This document shows, one piece after another, positions 51,286 through 64,000 of a stretch of DNA of 64,000 nt. The notes under the pieces were generated by a model that was given only the letters and a program-made list of their open reading frames with translations, had not been told where the DNA came from and searched no databases. The stretch covers positions 1,802,544 through 1,866,543 of the forward strand of contig MU056960.1 of assembly GCA_013239625.1 (NCBI GenBank). Reading direction: 5' to 3'. Source of the DNA: Lama guanicoe. Its lineage: Eukaryota. Position numbers and translations under genes: made by a program. Each line of letters begins with the position of its first letter. Within the stretch, counting starts at the first letter, position 1.

Positions 51286-52049
51286 ATAGATCTGTGGCCT
51301 TGGACAAGTTACGGAACTTCTCCGTAGCTCGGTTTGCCCCTCAGTGAAATAGAGGCAGCGATGATACCTCTAAGACTCGTTGATACAAGCAAGCAATTAA
51401 CAAGCTCTTCTTCCACGCCAAGCACAGTGCACGGCACTGGAGACACAGCAGCAAAGAAGACAGGAGAGGTTCCCCATCTTGTGGCGCCTAGCCTCATCTC
51501 AGACAGGAAATATAAGCAAGTAAGTAAAACCATGAGACGCCTTCAGGCAGAGACAGTGCAATGAAGAAAAGAACAGAAACGATGTGCTTGGAGAATAAGA
51601 GCTGGGAGGTCCTTTGGATGAGGTGATCAGAGCAGGTCTCCCTGAGCAGAGACCTGAAGCATGAGAAGGGGCCTTGGCTGGAAGATGAGAGGGAAGAGCA
51701 GTTCACACAGTGGAAACAGCAGGTGCAAAGGGCCTGAGGTGGGAATGAGCTCCTGTGTTTGAGGAACAGAAGGAAGGAGAGAGTGGCTGGTTGGCAAGAT
51801 AGAGTGTTGGGCCATGAGGTCGGGGGAGGAGGCTGGACTCAGACCTGTGGAAGCTTCCAGTCGGAAGTTTGGCTTTTATTCTAAGTGATGAGAGGATCTT
51901 GGAGGTTGACGGCAGGGCAACCTGTTCTGTGTATTGAGGAAATCGTTCCGCCTGCCGGACCGAGAGTGGCCTGGGGCTGTGGAAAATGTCAGAGGGCTTC
52001 TCCCAGACCCAAACTGCTGGCTGGCCTTTATCCTTTTCATCCTTTCACT

Positions 52050-52490
52050 ACTGTGGTCAGCAAGATTATGTCCCCTGCCTCCAAGGATGCCCATGCCCTA
52101 ATCTCTTGAAACTGTGAATATATTATCTTACATGGCAGAGGGACTTTGCAGATGTGATCCATCTCCCTGAGATGGGAGGTGACCCTGGATTATACAGGTG
52201 GGCCCCAGGGACTCATAAGAGGAAGAGGGAGACAGAAGGGTCAGAGTCTGAGGAGGACGTGTGATGCTGGAGGCAGAGGCTGGAGCGTGGAGACTGCTGA
52301 CTGGAAGGGGCTGCAGGTCAAGGAATGCGGGCTAGAGAAGTCACAGCAGTGGCCTCTCCCCTGGCACCTCCAGAAGGAGCCAGCTGTACCAGCCCATTGA
52401 CTTTCAGCCCAGGAAACCCTGTTTCAGATTTCTGAACCCCAGCCCTGTAAGATAACAAATAAGTGTGACAGTGTGTGACAGTGGCAGGAG
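52050..52490 (+). mobile_element. MLT1 (MaLR) solo LTR
   Basis: tgtgaatatattatcttacatggcagagggactttgcagatgtgat...gaccctggattat. Confidence 0.75.
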
Positions 52491-52959
52491 AAAACGAACG
52501 TGCCCATTTCCTTGAAGGAGCCTGGAGCTGGTAGGAAACCTTTCCTTCACCACCCGGTGGATCTGGCTGCCTCACCCTTGGACCTCTGATGCTCCATCAA
52601 GGGCCAAGATTGTCCACTAAACCCAAGAGAAGCAGGAGAAGGAGAGGATGGTGCAGAGTGAGCTGCACCCACTGGGGAGCACCCCGCCCCACCCAGGAGA
52701 CCTCCTGGAGCCTCCATCTTTGGAGATCACCTGCAGCGGGAATTGCCCCTACTCCTTGGCTAGCGTGCGGAGTTCTGGCTGACACCCGGGCTCACTGGTT
52801 CAGCAAGGGGCAAGGATGTTTATTTTCAAGAGAAAACATCTCAGAGAAAAACACTGTAGTAAAGCTGACCGGGGCGGTGGTGAACAGGATATGCATGTAA
52901 TTCAGCCAAAAACGTCTGCTTCACGCTTTCCAGGGTGTAGCTGTTACATGGCCACCTGT

Positions 52960-53345
52960 TTTAGTGACCCGTCACTGCAAAACAAAGAGCCACAGACTAG
53001 GTGGCTTAACCAAGCGGAAATGTATTCTCTCACAGTTCCGGAATGAGAAGTACAAAATCAAGGTGTCAGGGGGACATGCTCCTTCTGAAGGAAAGAGTCC
53101 ATCCCGGCCCCTTCCAGCTCTGGTGGCCCCAGGCGTCCCTTGGCTTGAGGCAGCATCACCCCGGCCTCTGCTCCATCTCCACTCGGCCTTCTTCCCCGCT
53201 GCCATAGGGTTTAGGGCTCACTCGCATCCAGAATCACTCCATGTTAACTCATTCCGTCTACAAAGACCATACTTCCAAAGGAGACCGTATCCTGAGGTTC
53301 CAAGTGGACATGAATTTCGGGGGAATAATTATTCAGCTTCCTACA
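52960..53345 (-). mobile_element. MLT1 (MaLR) solo LTR
   Basis: actaggtggcttaaccaagcggaaatgtattctctcacagttccgg...aaatcaaggtgtcag. Confidence 0.75.
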
Positions 53346-55644
53346 GAACCCACTGAACAGGAATGCATTTGATCTTTCCTGCAATCCTGTGATGCAGATA
53401 AAGAGGGAGTTGTTTTTGTCCTTATTTTGCAGTTGAGGAAACAGAGGCTCAGAGAGCCTTAGCAGCTTGCCCAAGCCACTGAGAGCGTTCATTCATTCAA
53501 TTAATAAATAAATGTGATACGGGCCAGGCGCTGTCCTAGGTGCTGGAGACACAGCAGAGAAAAAGACAGACAAAAGCTCCCGGGCTGTTAGAACGGGCAC
53601 GCTAGTCTGGGGAGAGAAAACCGGCAGGACATGTGGTCTAAAGCCCAGAAACACGTAGCCCCTTAGATGGATGAACGCCATGGGGCGTGCTGACGTGCCG
53701 TTCCAAAGAGGGTAGTGAGAGAAGACGCCTGTGAACAGAGGCTTGTGGGGTGGGGCGAGAGAGAGCACGTCCCTGTTTGGGGAAGAGCATTCCAGGCAGC
53801 GAGGGCAGCAAGCAGCCTTTGCACTTTCCAGCACGCCACGTCGCCCTCTCTCTCCTCTAGGCCTTGTTGAATTTTGCCACCCCTGAAGGCCAGCTGTGCC
53901 TTCCCCTCCTCCTTTTGAACCCTGCAGGCCTTGAGCGGTTGGCGGACTTCCTGTAAGCCTCTGGAGGTGGCCTGCAGTGGAGCCACTGCGCCACAAGGTG
54001 GCAATGCTTCCCACAGATATGGCTCCTCACTCAGCTCTGCGGAGGTCTGGGTGTAAATGGTGCAAGCAGCGCTATTTCTCTTTGTCCTTGAAAGGACAGC
54101 AACTTTGGGCTCCAAAGAGCAGACTTCTTTATGTTTTATTGCTCTTTGTGTCTCCACCTTCTGAAGAAGAGTAATGGGAGGTCAAGGTGAGAAAGGAGAG
54201 TAGGGATCTCCCTGGGAAATGTTGAAATGACCACAGATGTAGGATTTTGGATGAGATGAGGAAGTTGGGCTCAGAGAGGGGAAGTAAGTGATCCAAGGTC
54301 ACCCAGCTGAGTGGTGCCAGAACTGTACGTTCTGATCCCTGGACCAGTTCTTGTCCACTGTGTCACTCTTCCTGCTTCCCCAGGCCTAGGACACAAATTG
54401 GGTCAGTGCTGGGCTGGTGGGCTGGTGGGAAGTAGAGTGGGGAGAGTAGTGGAATGAGCACTGGATGCAGAGTCCAGAGTCCAGAGCTTCACATCCAGCT
54501 CATGAGAAGTGGAACCAGAAAGGTGGTCCATCTCTGTTGCCAGGGCAGACCGCAGGACTCAGTTTTCTTATCTGTAGAATGGGAATAAAAAATTGGGTTG
54601 TACCTGTATGTAAAGACCAAATGTGGGCTAACCTTTGGGGTGAGACCTTTATTCTGACCCCTACAGTGGGGAACTTTTAAAATGACTCCAACTTTGGAGA
54701 ATCAGGTACACCTGGTTTCAGAGCCCACTTGATAGGTGTGTGATCTTAGCCTCTCTGAGCCTCAGTTTCCTCCTCTGCAAAATGGGTCCAATAATATCAT
54801 GGATTAAATGAGGTGATCCAGGTGAAGAGCCCAGCCCAGTCCTTGACAGTATAAATGTTCACTACATATTAATACTGTATTGGAGTTGGGAGGAGAGGAG
54901 AGCTAAGATCAGAATGGGGGTGGGGGATGCTCAGAAATACAGTCAGGTTAAAAGTTCAACACCTAGTCATTTCCCTACAGTGAGGGAAAGTGCACTGAAA
55001 GTAAAGGTAAAATAATAACCACAGCAGCTACCGTTTCTCAAGCATGTTCGTAACTTCATTTGTTGCTCACAATCATCCAGGAAGTGGGCACTATTGTTTA
55101 AGCCCATTTTACAGCAGTAGTGACTGAGGCTCATAGAGGTTAGTATCTTGCCTAAGGTCACACACCCAAAGACTAGTAGAGCTTGAACTTTTCAGGCTCA
55201 GTCAGGGGGCTCCAGTGTCTCTCAGCTTCTCTAATATTCTGTTAACCTAATCTGTACTCTCGGGATGGTAAAATCTACAGGGACCCATTTTGCGATGCAG
55301 ATTCTGACCTTAACCCTTGTGGGTACTCTCCAGTTCTCCTAAAAAAACCCCAAAATAAGCATTGTAGCCTAACTCCAGGGGAGAAGTGAAGCAACTTTTT
55401 CTTAAAAACAATTATCCTTTAAATTTTTTTTACTGTGATAATTTTCACAGTCATATACAGTGTGTGTGTGTGTGTGTGTGTGTTACGTCATTGCCCAGGT
55501 TCAGCGGTCATCAGCATTTGTCATCTTGTTTCCTCTGTCCCCACAGTCAAAATTAGTTTTTTTTCTCAAGAGAAATTTCTCAAGATTTATCTTAAAGAAA
55601 ATCTTGTTGATCGCACCCCACTCCCTCACCATACAATTTCCCCC

Positions 55645-55900
55645 CATCTTTATTGTGACATAATTGATGTATAACATGATGTAAGTGTAAGGTATATAAT
55701 GTAATGATTTGATGCATATGTATTTTGCAAACTTACTAGCAAAGTTAGGTTAGTTAACATATCCATCACCTCACATAGCTACAAATTTTTTTTGTGTGGT
55801 GAAAACTTTAAGAATCTACTTTCTTAGTCACTTTCAAATGTAAAATACAGTATTATATAGTTAATATGCTGTACATTACAGCCCCAGAACTTATTCATCT
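55645..55900 (-). mobile_element. L1 3' end, antisense
   Basis: tttattgtgacataattgatgtataac...gttaacatatccatcacctcacatagctac. Confidence 0.75.
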
Positions 55901-57329
55901 TATGGCAGTCACTTTTTTTTCTTTTCCTGGAAGTGTTTAAAGTAGAATCCTAGACATCGTATTATGTTATGGGCTGCATATTTTATTTTTTTTTATTCAG
56001 CCATACTGGCCTGTTGGGTCTATCTCTATCAGGAATGATGTATTTCATTGCAAGTAAGAGATTTAAATAATAGAGCATGAACACTAAATGCATTTGATTA
56101 ATTTGTATGATGGGAAGTCTGGAAGTAGGCAGTTCTGAGGGTTGGGGAAGTGACTCAATGATGGTTAGGCATTAGTGTGGTTATCTTTACGAAGTCTCAG
56201 TCTTTACCTCATGGCCCCAAGATGGCTGCCAGAGCTCCAAGCATCATGTCCTCACACAAGAGCATTCAAAACAGAAAAGGGGGGTAGGAAGTGATCAAGA
56301 GGGTTATCTCCTTGTTGGAACCTGCAGCTGTCCACAGGAATGGGACATGTACGCTGTCACAATGGCCAGAGGGTGTCAAGGCCATTTAGAGTGCGGGGAC
56401 CAGAGATGTTACATATCCTGCAATACATGCGGCAGTCCTCCCAGTGAAGAATGTTCCTACTAGACATTCATTATAGTCATCTGAGCCTAGAAACTAACTC
56501 CGCTTTGCATATAAACACTACATGCTTTGAGGGTTTTAATGTTGACCAGCTTCCCCAGGGATGCAGCTACAGACTGTAACAAAGGGAAACTGTACTTTGT
56601 TTTGTTGAGAGTATTAACAAGAGTTGCTGCCTGTCTATCGCAGGAACTCACATCACTGATGGTGACCAGCTGGTTGGTGTCTGAGGGACCACCCACAGGC
56701 CCGTGCCTGTTGGTGCTTGTGGCTGTCACGTCTATGGTGATTTTTGAGTCCAGTGACAAGCACGTGACTGCTTCATCCTGATGTCTTCTGGGTAGTGGTG
56801 TCTGAGCACTCATATGTTGAAATGCCTATCATTTTTATTATAGATATCCCTTAATTTTTTTCTTTATATTACAATCAGGTCATTATCCTGATTCAACAAC
56901 AAAAATTCATGTGTGTAGAAGTCCTTGAGTTTCGCTACAAGGGAGTCACAGAGGGGGGATTACAAACATTTTTATTATAAAAAAGAGGAGCTATTGGGTC
57001 TGAAAGGTTGTGACCCCTCAGCCTGGAAGTTTGTCCTGGAGATGGGTCACCCTCCCTGAGTGCAGGGCCCCCTGATCCCTGCACAAGACTGGGGAGCTGT
57101 TGGCAGGGAAGAAGGAGGGCGGCCGTTGGGTAGGAGGCTGTTGGTGTCTATCTCTCGCTGATCATGGGTTCCAGGGTCTCAGCAAAGATCCTGCCCCCCA
57201 GGGGGGCTCAGAAAGAGAAAGCTTCTGACAATTGAGGGTGAGTGGCAGCTGGGGAGAGAGGTGTGACTGTGTGCAGGGCAGGGCGGGGAGCTGGTACCCG
57301 GGAAGTGCTGTGGGTGGGCACATGTGCTA

Positions 57330-57716
57330 GGTGTGTGTAGTATATATATGTATGTGTGCCACAGGTCTGTATATGTGGCAGGTGTATGGACGTGTGGTGT
57401 GTATCTTTGCAGGTGATATGTATGCATGGGTGTATGTATATGCACACGCTGTATATATATGTACGTGTGTGTTGGGTATGTATATATGCATGTGCTATGT
57501 ACCTGTATACGTGATGCATATATGCATGTGTGGTATGTATATGGATATGCATGTGGAGTACGTATATGTGCATGTATAGGCATGTAGACATGGATGTATA
57601 TATGTGGTGCGCATATGAGTATATGGTCTATTTGTATATGTTCTATGCATATGCATACGTCGTATGTGTATGGTTTGCGTATGTATATGTGTGTGGTGTG
57701 TAAATGTGTATATATA
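57330..57716. repeat. Degenerate alternating purine-pyrimidine (TATG/TGTG/CATG) low-complexity repeat, ~390 bp
   Basis: Read directly; explains the His/Thr/Tyr-rich spurious ORFs at 57179-57591. Confidence 0.9.
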
Positions 57717-58059
57717 TTTTAATATTCTCTGATTTAGGTCACTGTCTAAACAGAAGACAGAGATAATGTTGGTTTGGATGCAAAACTTATTTCGTCAGAG
57801 AAGCTCTTCAGGGAAACTGCGTGCAGTGTTCTGTGGCTCCTCAAACAGCCTCTGTAGCAGAATAATAAAAACCACGAGGCGTGGTCCTGGTGGTGGAGGT
57901 AGGAGGTGGGGGGGTGGTTCTGGGTTCTCTCTATGGTGTTTCTTTAAGCCAGTGCTGCCCTGACTTGCCTGAGGCTCAGAAGAAGTGGGCAAGGAGAGGA
58001 TTTTGGATTTAATTTCAAGGGCTGTGGGAGCCACTGGTAGTTTGAGCAGGAGAGTGACG

Positions 58060-58580
58060 GGCACTTAATAGAAATGCAGATTCCCAGGCCCCATTCCAGC
58101 CTCTGAGAATCAGAATCCTGGCAGGGGTGTCTAGGAGTGACAAGACCCCTGCCAGGTGATTCTTGTCATTGTGCAAGTTCGGGAGACCGTGCCTCGTAGT
58201 GGCAGCCTCACACGTGAGTGTGCTTCAGACTCTCCCAGAGGGCTTATTGAACCACCGTGGCCTGGACCCACCCCAGAGTTTTTTACTCAGTGGGTTGGGG
58301 AAGGACAGAGAATTTGCATTTTTAGCAAGTTCCCAGTGATGCCGATGCTGTTGGTCCCTGGACCACACTCTGAGATGCACTGGCTCGTGGCAGGGGTTCG
58401 CAGCCCTGCATGCACATTGCAATCACTGGGAGCTTTAGCCAGGCCCAATGTCCTGGCCACACAAAGGCCCCAGTAAATCAGGATCTCTGGAGGTAGGGGC
58501 CAGGCATTAAAAAAACAAACAAACAACCCAACAAACTAACCCTTTCCAGGTGATTCCAATGTCTAGTCAGGACTGAAAAT
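58060..58580. mobile_element. Cluster of three MER5-like remnants
   Basis: aaatgcagattcccaggcccca..., agaatttgcatttttagcaagttcccagtgatgccgatgctgttggtccctggaccacact, and tccaggtgattccaatgt. Confidence 0.65.
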
Positions 58581-59579
58581 CGTTATCTGAAAGTCTTAAA
58601 CCCTGAACTGGTTATCGAAATGCAGCGTCTTCAATCTCCCTCCTGAATCAGAAAACACTTGGGCTGGGGTCCTTGGGTAAACCAGTGTCCCAGGTGCACT
58701 GAAATTTGAGACACTTCTTGGACCCTTTAGTCGCTGCCACCTGCCACTTTTCAGTGTGCTGGGGGAAACGATGTGGAGGGGACCCAGCTCATCTAAGAAG
58801 ACGATGAATGATGACAGCTGCCATGCAAGGAGCGCCCACTGCAAGCTGGAACGTTCAGATACACCATCTCCTAGCTGCCAAGATAACTGTGAAAGAGATG
58901 GACGCCATTAGCCCCACTTGATGGATGGGAAAACTGAGGCACAGAGAAATGAAGCACCTCCTGGAGGCCACTCTGTGGGTAAGTGGCAGAGCCAGGTCTG
59001 ATCCCAGATTCTCAAAGCCTTAAAGTCCCTTGTACTAAGCCATCTTGCCTTCTGCTTGGGGTGTTCTGTGGGCAGGGATGGGGTGGGAATTAGGGAGGCT
59101 TGCAGGAGAAGAACAAATTATTTTATATCAGTGAAGCAAAATGCCTGAGCGCCAGCGATCTCATCACTTCCTTCTGGGACTGGCATCTTGGCCTTAAAGG
59201 GTGAGTGGACCTCACTCGGGTAGTTGTAATTAACTCGCTGACTGCTGAGAATGCCGTAAAGCATTGCTAATGCAGCGTGTCTGTGATGCTGCTGGGGGCT
59301 CAAGGCCTAGGAGGAGCCAGCCAGCCTCAGGCTCCAGGGGTCAGCAGAAATGAAGGAATATTGGCGTGTCCAAACCATCACTCTGTTCTGGCTCTTTAGC
59401 GTGTGCCTGCCTGGCCTCAGACCTCAACTCCAGAAGCTTGATTAACGGGGTCTGAAGGAAGGCATTTAGGAAGTGAACTGGAGTTTGGGTTTCGACCTGC
59501 ATGAGCTGCTTAGAACGTGGTAATTAAGACTTCGGATTGGATAATCTTGAGGTTAAATCCTTGCTCTGCCTCTCTGTCA

Positions 59580-60190
59580 AAAAAAATTGAGATCTAATTC
59601 ACTTGCCATAAAATTCACCCCGTTGAAGTGCACAATTCAGTAGGTTTTAGTATATTCATTGAATTGTACAACCATCATCACTATCAGATCCAGAACACTT
59701 TTATCACCCCCGAAGAAACCCTGTCTCCCCATTGCAACTGTCCCCATTCCCCTCTATCATCCAGCCCTGGGCAACCAACACACCAATCGGCTTCCTGTCT
59801 CAATGTGTTTGTCTTTTCTGGATTCTTTATATCAAGGGAATCATACAATATGCGACCTTTGTGTCTGGCTTCTTTCACTGAGCGTCTTGTTTTCAAGGTT
59901 TGCCCATATTGCAGCCTGAATTAGTATCGCATTCCTTTTTTACGGCTGTATAGTATTCCATTGTGTGGATATATCACATTTGGTTTATCAGTTCGATTTT
60001 GGATCGATCGATCCGTTGGATTTTTCTTGTCTTTTGACTATTGTGACTTGCTGCTGTGAACATTTGTGCCCACGTTTTTGTGCAGGTTTACGTCCTCATT
60101 TCTTTTGTGCATATACCTGGGAGTGGAATGGCTGGGTCCTATGGCAACTACATGTTTAGCTTTTTAAGGAATTGCCAGACTATTTTCATA
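59580..60190 (-). mobile_element. L1MB-like 3' fragment, antisense
   Basis: ttgagatctaattcacttgccataaaattcacccc...gagtggaatggctgggtcctatggcaactacatgtttagctttttaaggaattgccagac. Confidence 0.8.
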
Positions 60191-62552
60191 GCATCTCCTG
60201 TGCTCCTTTTTGGGGCAGATTATCTCACCCCTCTGAGCCTCAGTCTCCTCCTCTGTCAAATGGGGATCATTAGAGTGCCAGGCTCACTGGGTTATGGTGA
60301 TGGTGGAAGAAAATACTGGAGGCCCCACAGCACCATCCCTGGCCCCATGCCAAGCACTTAATAAATGTTAGTTATTATTAGTATTTACCAACATATTTAC
60401 TTATTTATGAAAGGAATGCAGCCCCCAAACATACATAACCCTCACCGGGAAGAGGAATAATAAAAATAGGCTTAGAAAATCGATGAGGATATAAGTGGCG
60501 CTGGTTCCTGGAGTGTAAGTGTGGGTTTTATTAAAATTCAGTGTAGTAAGCATTTCTGCAGCAGGGCTGAGCTGATTCACTCTTACAGCCTGAGCAAAAG
60601 AGAGACCTTTTGGGGCTCTAATCAGGCACCCGGGGGTCTGTTAGCTCCCCAAGGTGGCACTTCCCATCCTGGCATCCTCATTTCTAGTTTGCCATTGAGG
60701 TAGGTAATCTGAAGACTGGCTAGATCTGTGGTTGGCTGGCACGGCGGGGAAGGAGTTAAGAAAGAAGCTGGAAGAAATTCTGATGAGCTGTCTACTGTCC
60801 CTGGCAGTAGTCGCAGTAGGAACAGTTACCATGTCTGAGCACTAATTATGCGCCAGGTGATTGGGCAGAGGCTGGGGATACAACCTGGACTGTTGACTGT
60901 CACAATTACATGAGTCCTTTTGGTCTAGGATGTAATCAGTAAATAATAACGTGTACTAAATACACGTTAGGTGCTGTGCTAACTTCCTCACATGAATCCT
61001 CTCTTTTAATCCACGTAATAGATCTAGAGGTTGTTTCCATATAATTATTGCTTTATAGGAAAGGAAACAGAAGCTCAGACAAGTTAAAAGACTTACCCAA
61101 GGGCTCTCAGTGGGTAAGAAGGGAATTAAGAATTTGGTCGTGGGTCTGTTTGGCTCCAAGGCTTTGCCCAGACTCAAAGGCAGGCACCTGGGTTAGCTGA
61201 TGTGCATAACGGAGCTGGGTCCTTCTTCTCCTGGATCCTCACCTCCTCCCCTTCAGTGGGCTCTGGCCACCCCAGCCTCCTTTCCGTTCTGAGAACACCT
61301 CCTTCTCTTCTTGGAGCCTTTGTACTTGCTGTTTCCTCTACCTGGAACCTGCTCCCCGACAGCTCCTTCACTTAATTAACTCCTGTTATTCCTGAGTCCA
61401 TAGTAGAGGTTACTCATTGCCTCTCAAAACAACTCTGGGGAGCACCTTAGAGACTACATTTCCCAACCTCTCTTAGAGAATGGTATGTTCATTTGATCAA
61501 CTTCTGGCCAATGAAATAGAAATGGAGTGTTCTGTAAGGCTCCTTACAAAGGTGGGGGCGCATTTCCTTATTTTTCTATTGTCCTTGCAATGTCCTGTTG
61601 TCTGTGATGCAGATATGGTGGCTGGAGCTCTAGCAACCATTTTGGACCATGAGGTAAACTTGAGAATGAAAGCATATGCTAAGGAATGTGAAACAGAAGA
61701 ACCCAAAGAGGCTGGGCTCCTGATTAACTGGTGGAACTGTCAAATTAGTCCTGGGCTGATTCTGGCTTCTCATGGAATGAGAGTATATGGGCATATGGAG
61801 AGTGCCACTGGGTGTAGTTAGACAGGTTGTGCACTGCACAAACCCAGGGACACCAGTTAAATAACAGTCTATGTGAATACACGTCCTGAAATTGTAGTGC
61901 CTGTCCTGTGTGACTGTTCATGGCAGCCCCGTCTACAAGGTAAGGAGGGACCTTGACCATGAGTTTATTCAGTGAACTCCTGGTGCTTACCAGGATGTCT
62001 GGACCATTGTCAGTTCTCTGAACAAATATTGGTTGCAGGATGAAAAAAAAGATGGATGTCTTGAGCTGGGTACTGAGGGCACCCAGAGTTGGGCAAGGCA
62101 TGGAAATGGTAGCAAGAAGGCGTGGTCAGGGCTTTAATCCAGGGAAAAGCGAGGGATGCTGGGGCTCAGAGGGAGGTGGCCGCCTGCCTGGGGGAGCTGG
62201 AAGCTCTGTGGACTGAGGAGGCCCTTCTCTTACCTGGTCTCAGATTTCCATCTGCAAAATGAGATTACGGCAGAAAAGTGGTTTTGTTTGACCTTAAATT
62301 TCATTTTATTTTATATCTTGATTTGTTTTAAGTAGGCAATGCTTATAGTACAAAAAAAGGCATAGGAAGAAAAGTAAATTTCTTTTCACTTCTAATTCCC
62401 AGAACCTGCTCCCCTACACACCCTCTGCACCACCTCTGTACTCACCTACCCACGGAAAAACCCACTGGTTACCACTATAACCAGTATTTTAAAAAGGGAA
62501 TAAATTTGTTTTATTTCATGAAGGCACTTTAAAACAGGCAGGTCTATGAAGT

Positions 62553-62624
62553 GGGGATATAGCTCAGTGGTAGAGCGCATGCTTAGCATGCATGAGGTCC
62601 TGGGTTCGATCCCCAGTATCTCCA
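62553..62624 (+). tRNA. tRNA-Ala(AGC)-like sequence with an intact cloverleaf (true gene or tail-less retrocopy)
   Basis: GGGGATATAGCTCAGTGGTAGAGCGCATGCTTAGCATGCATGAGGTCCTGGGTTCGATCCCCAGTATCTCCA. All four stems pair, with G3:U70, A73, anticodon AGC at 62585-62587, intact A and B boxes and a T5 run at 62652-62656. Confidence 0.6.
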
Positions 62625-62774
62625 CTGTGTCGTGCCCTTGCTTGGGAGACATTTTTCTTCTACTTTGCGATCACAGACCACTCCTGTAGAATCTGGAAAA
62701 TTAATCATCTTGCCCCCAAGTACTTGTATTTTGCTCTGGTTATGCTTCATACCCCTTCTGTTTCAGTTTCAAAT

Positions 62775-63910
62775 TTTAAATTGACTTATAACTGACCTAT
62801 AACATTATACTAGTTTCAGGTGTACAATATAGTGATTTGATATTTGTATATATTGTGAAATGATCACAATAAGTCTAGTTAATATCCATCACCACACGGA
62901 GTTACAAAAATATTTTTTCTTGTGATGAGAACTTTTACGATCTACTTTTGTAGCAACTTTCAAAAAATGCAATACAGTATTCTTAGCTATAGTCACCATG
63001 CTATACATTGCATCTCCATGACTTATTTATTTATTTAATTTAAATTTGTTTTTTTTTTTTTTGCAGGGGGAGGTAATTAGGTTTATTTATTTATTTTGAG
63101 GGAGGTCCTGGGGATTGAACCCAGGACCTTGTGCGTGCCGAGCATGCACTCTACCACTTGAGCTATACCCTCCTCCCAGTGACACTTATTTTATAATGGG
63201 AAATTTGTACCTTTTAACCCCCCACACTCATTTTGCCCAGCCCCCACCCCCCTGCTTCTGACAACCATCAATCTGTTCTTTTTATCTATGAGCTCTTATA
63301 TTTTTAAGACTCCACATATAAGAGAGATCATATATTTGTCTTTCTCTGACTTAGTCACTTAGCATAAAGCCCTCAAGTTCCATTCACGTTGCTGCAAATG
63401 GCAAGATTTCCTTCTTTTTTATGGCTGAGCCATATCTCTCTATGTATCTATGTCTCGCATTTCCATTACCCACTCACCCATCGATGGACACGTGGGATTT
63501 TTCCCTATCTTGGCTATGATGAATAGTGCTGCAGTAAACATGGGGGTGCATATATCTTTTCAAGCTACTGTTTTTGTTTCTTTAGGTAAATACCCCAAAG
63601 TGGAATTTGCTGAATCACATGGTAGTTCTTTTTTACATTTTTTGGAGGGAACTTCATGCTGTTCTCCATGGTGGCTACACCAATCCACATTNNNNNNNNN
63701 NNNNNNNNNNNNNNNNNNNNNNNNNNNNNNNNNNNNNNNNNNNNNNNNNNNNNNNNNNNNNNNNNNNNNNNNNNNNNNNNNNNNNNNNNNNNNNNNNNNN
63801 NNNNNNNNNNNNNNNNNNNNNNNNNNNNNNNNNNNNNNNNNNNNNNNNNNNNNNNNNNCTGTGAGCCATCTGTGTGTCTTCTTGGAGAAACGTCTATATT
63901 CAGATCCTCT
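62775..63910 (-). mobile_element. L1 3' end plus ORF2 terminus, antisense, interrupted by a SINE and an N gap
   Basis: tagtttcaggtgtacaatatagtgatttg...gttgctgcaaatggcaagatttcc...gtggctacaccaatccacat. Confidence 0.85.
63021..63177 (-). mobile_element. tRNA-Ala-derived SINE (Vic-1 type) nested in an L1 3' end
   Basis: Reverse complement of the same head, body and tail. Flanks share ACTTATTT, a probable target-site duplication. Confidence 0.85.
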
Positions 63911-64000
63911 ACCCTGTAACCAGTTGTGTGTGTGTGTGTGTGTGTGTGCATCTTTCCAAAGTTATCTGTATAATACAGTACATATGCTATATACGTATGC

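Noticed and set aside
57179-57591. His/Thr/Tyr-rich ORFs
   Set aside because: Translation of a simple low-complexity repeat.
1-64000. Prokaryote-type systems (CRISPR arrays, operons, rRNA, intact transposase or RT genes)
   Set aside because: None seen; the window is intron- and repeat-rich mammalian DNA with only decayed mobile elements.

Overview
Mammalian genomic DNA, most likely a camelid (tRNA-Ala-derived Vic-1-type SINEs, cetartiodactyl-type L1 3' ends, no Alu or Bov-tA elements). The window holds the whole GPRC5B gene on the minus strand: CpG-island exon 1 at about 38.7-38.9 kb, large coding exon 28730-~29743, exon 20966-21078 and terminal coding segment 19624-19668, giving a predicted ~387-aa protein. 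It converges tail-to-tail with the last exon of IQCK on the plus strand (15700 onward). The rest is IQCK intron (1-15.7 kb) and repeat-rich upstream DNA (L1, L2, MIR, MER5A/MER20/MER3, MaLR and MER21-like LTRs). The most interesting signals are: (1) an overlapping PTAP+PPxY late-domain motif (PTAPPSY) at the receptor C-terminus; (2) a candidate 9-nt in-frame neural-type microexon in intron 3 that would insert KQH just before that motif; (3) apparent loss of the usual exon-2 acceptor and first ATG; (4) a uORF ending in an ATG-TGA start-stop in exon 1; (5) opposed poly(A) signals implying overlapping IQCK/GPRC5B 3' ends; (6) a fully paired, tail-less tRNA-Ala(AGC) copy; (7) tandem D-box motifs upstream. 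Comparisons with human and mouse are from memory and need checking by alignment. Repeat family names and boundaries were assigned by eye.
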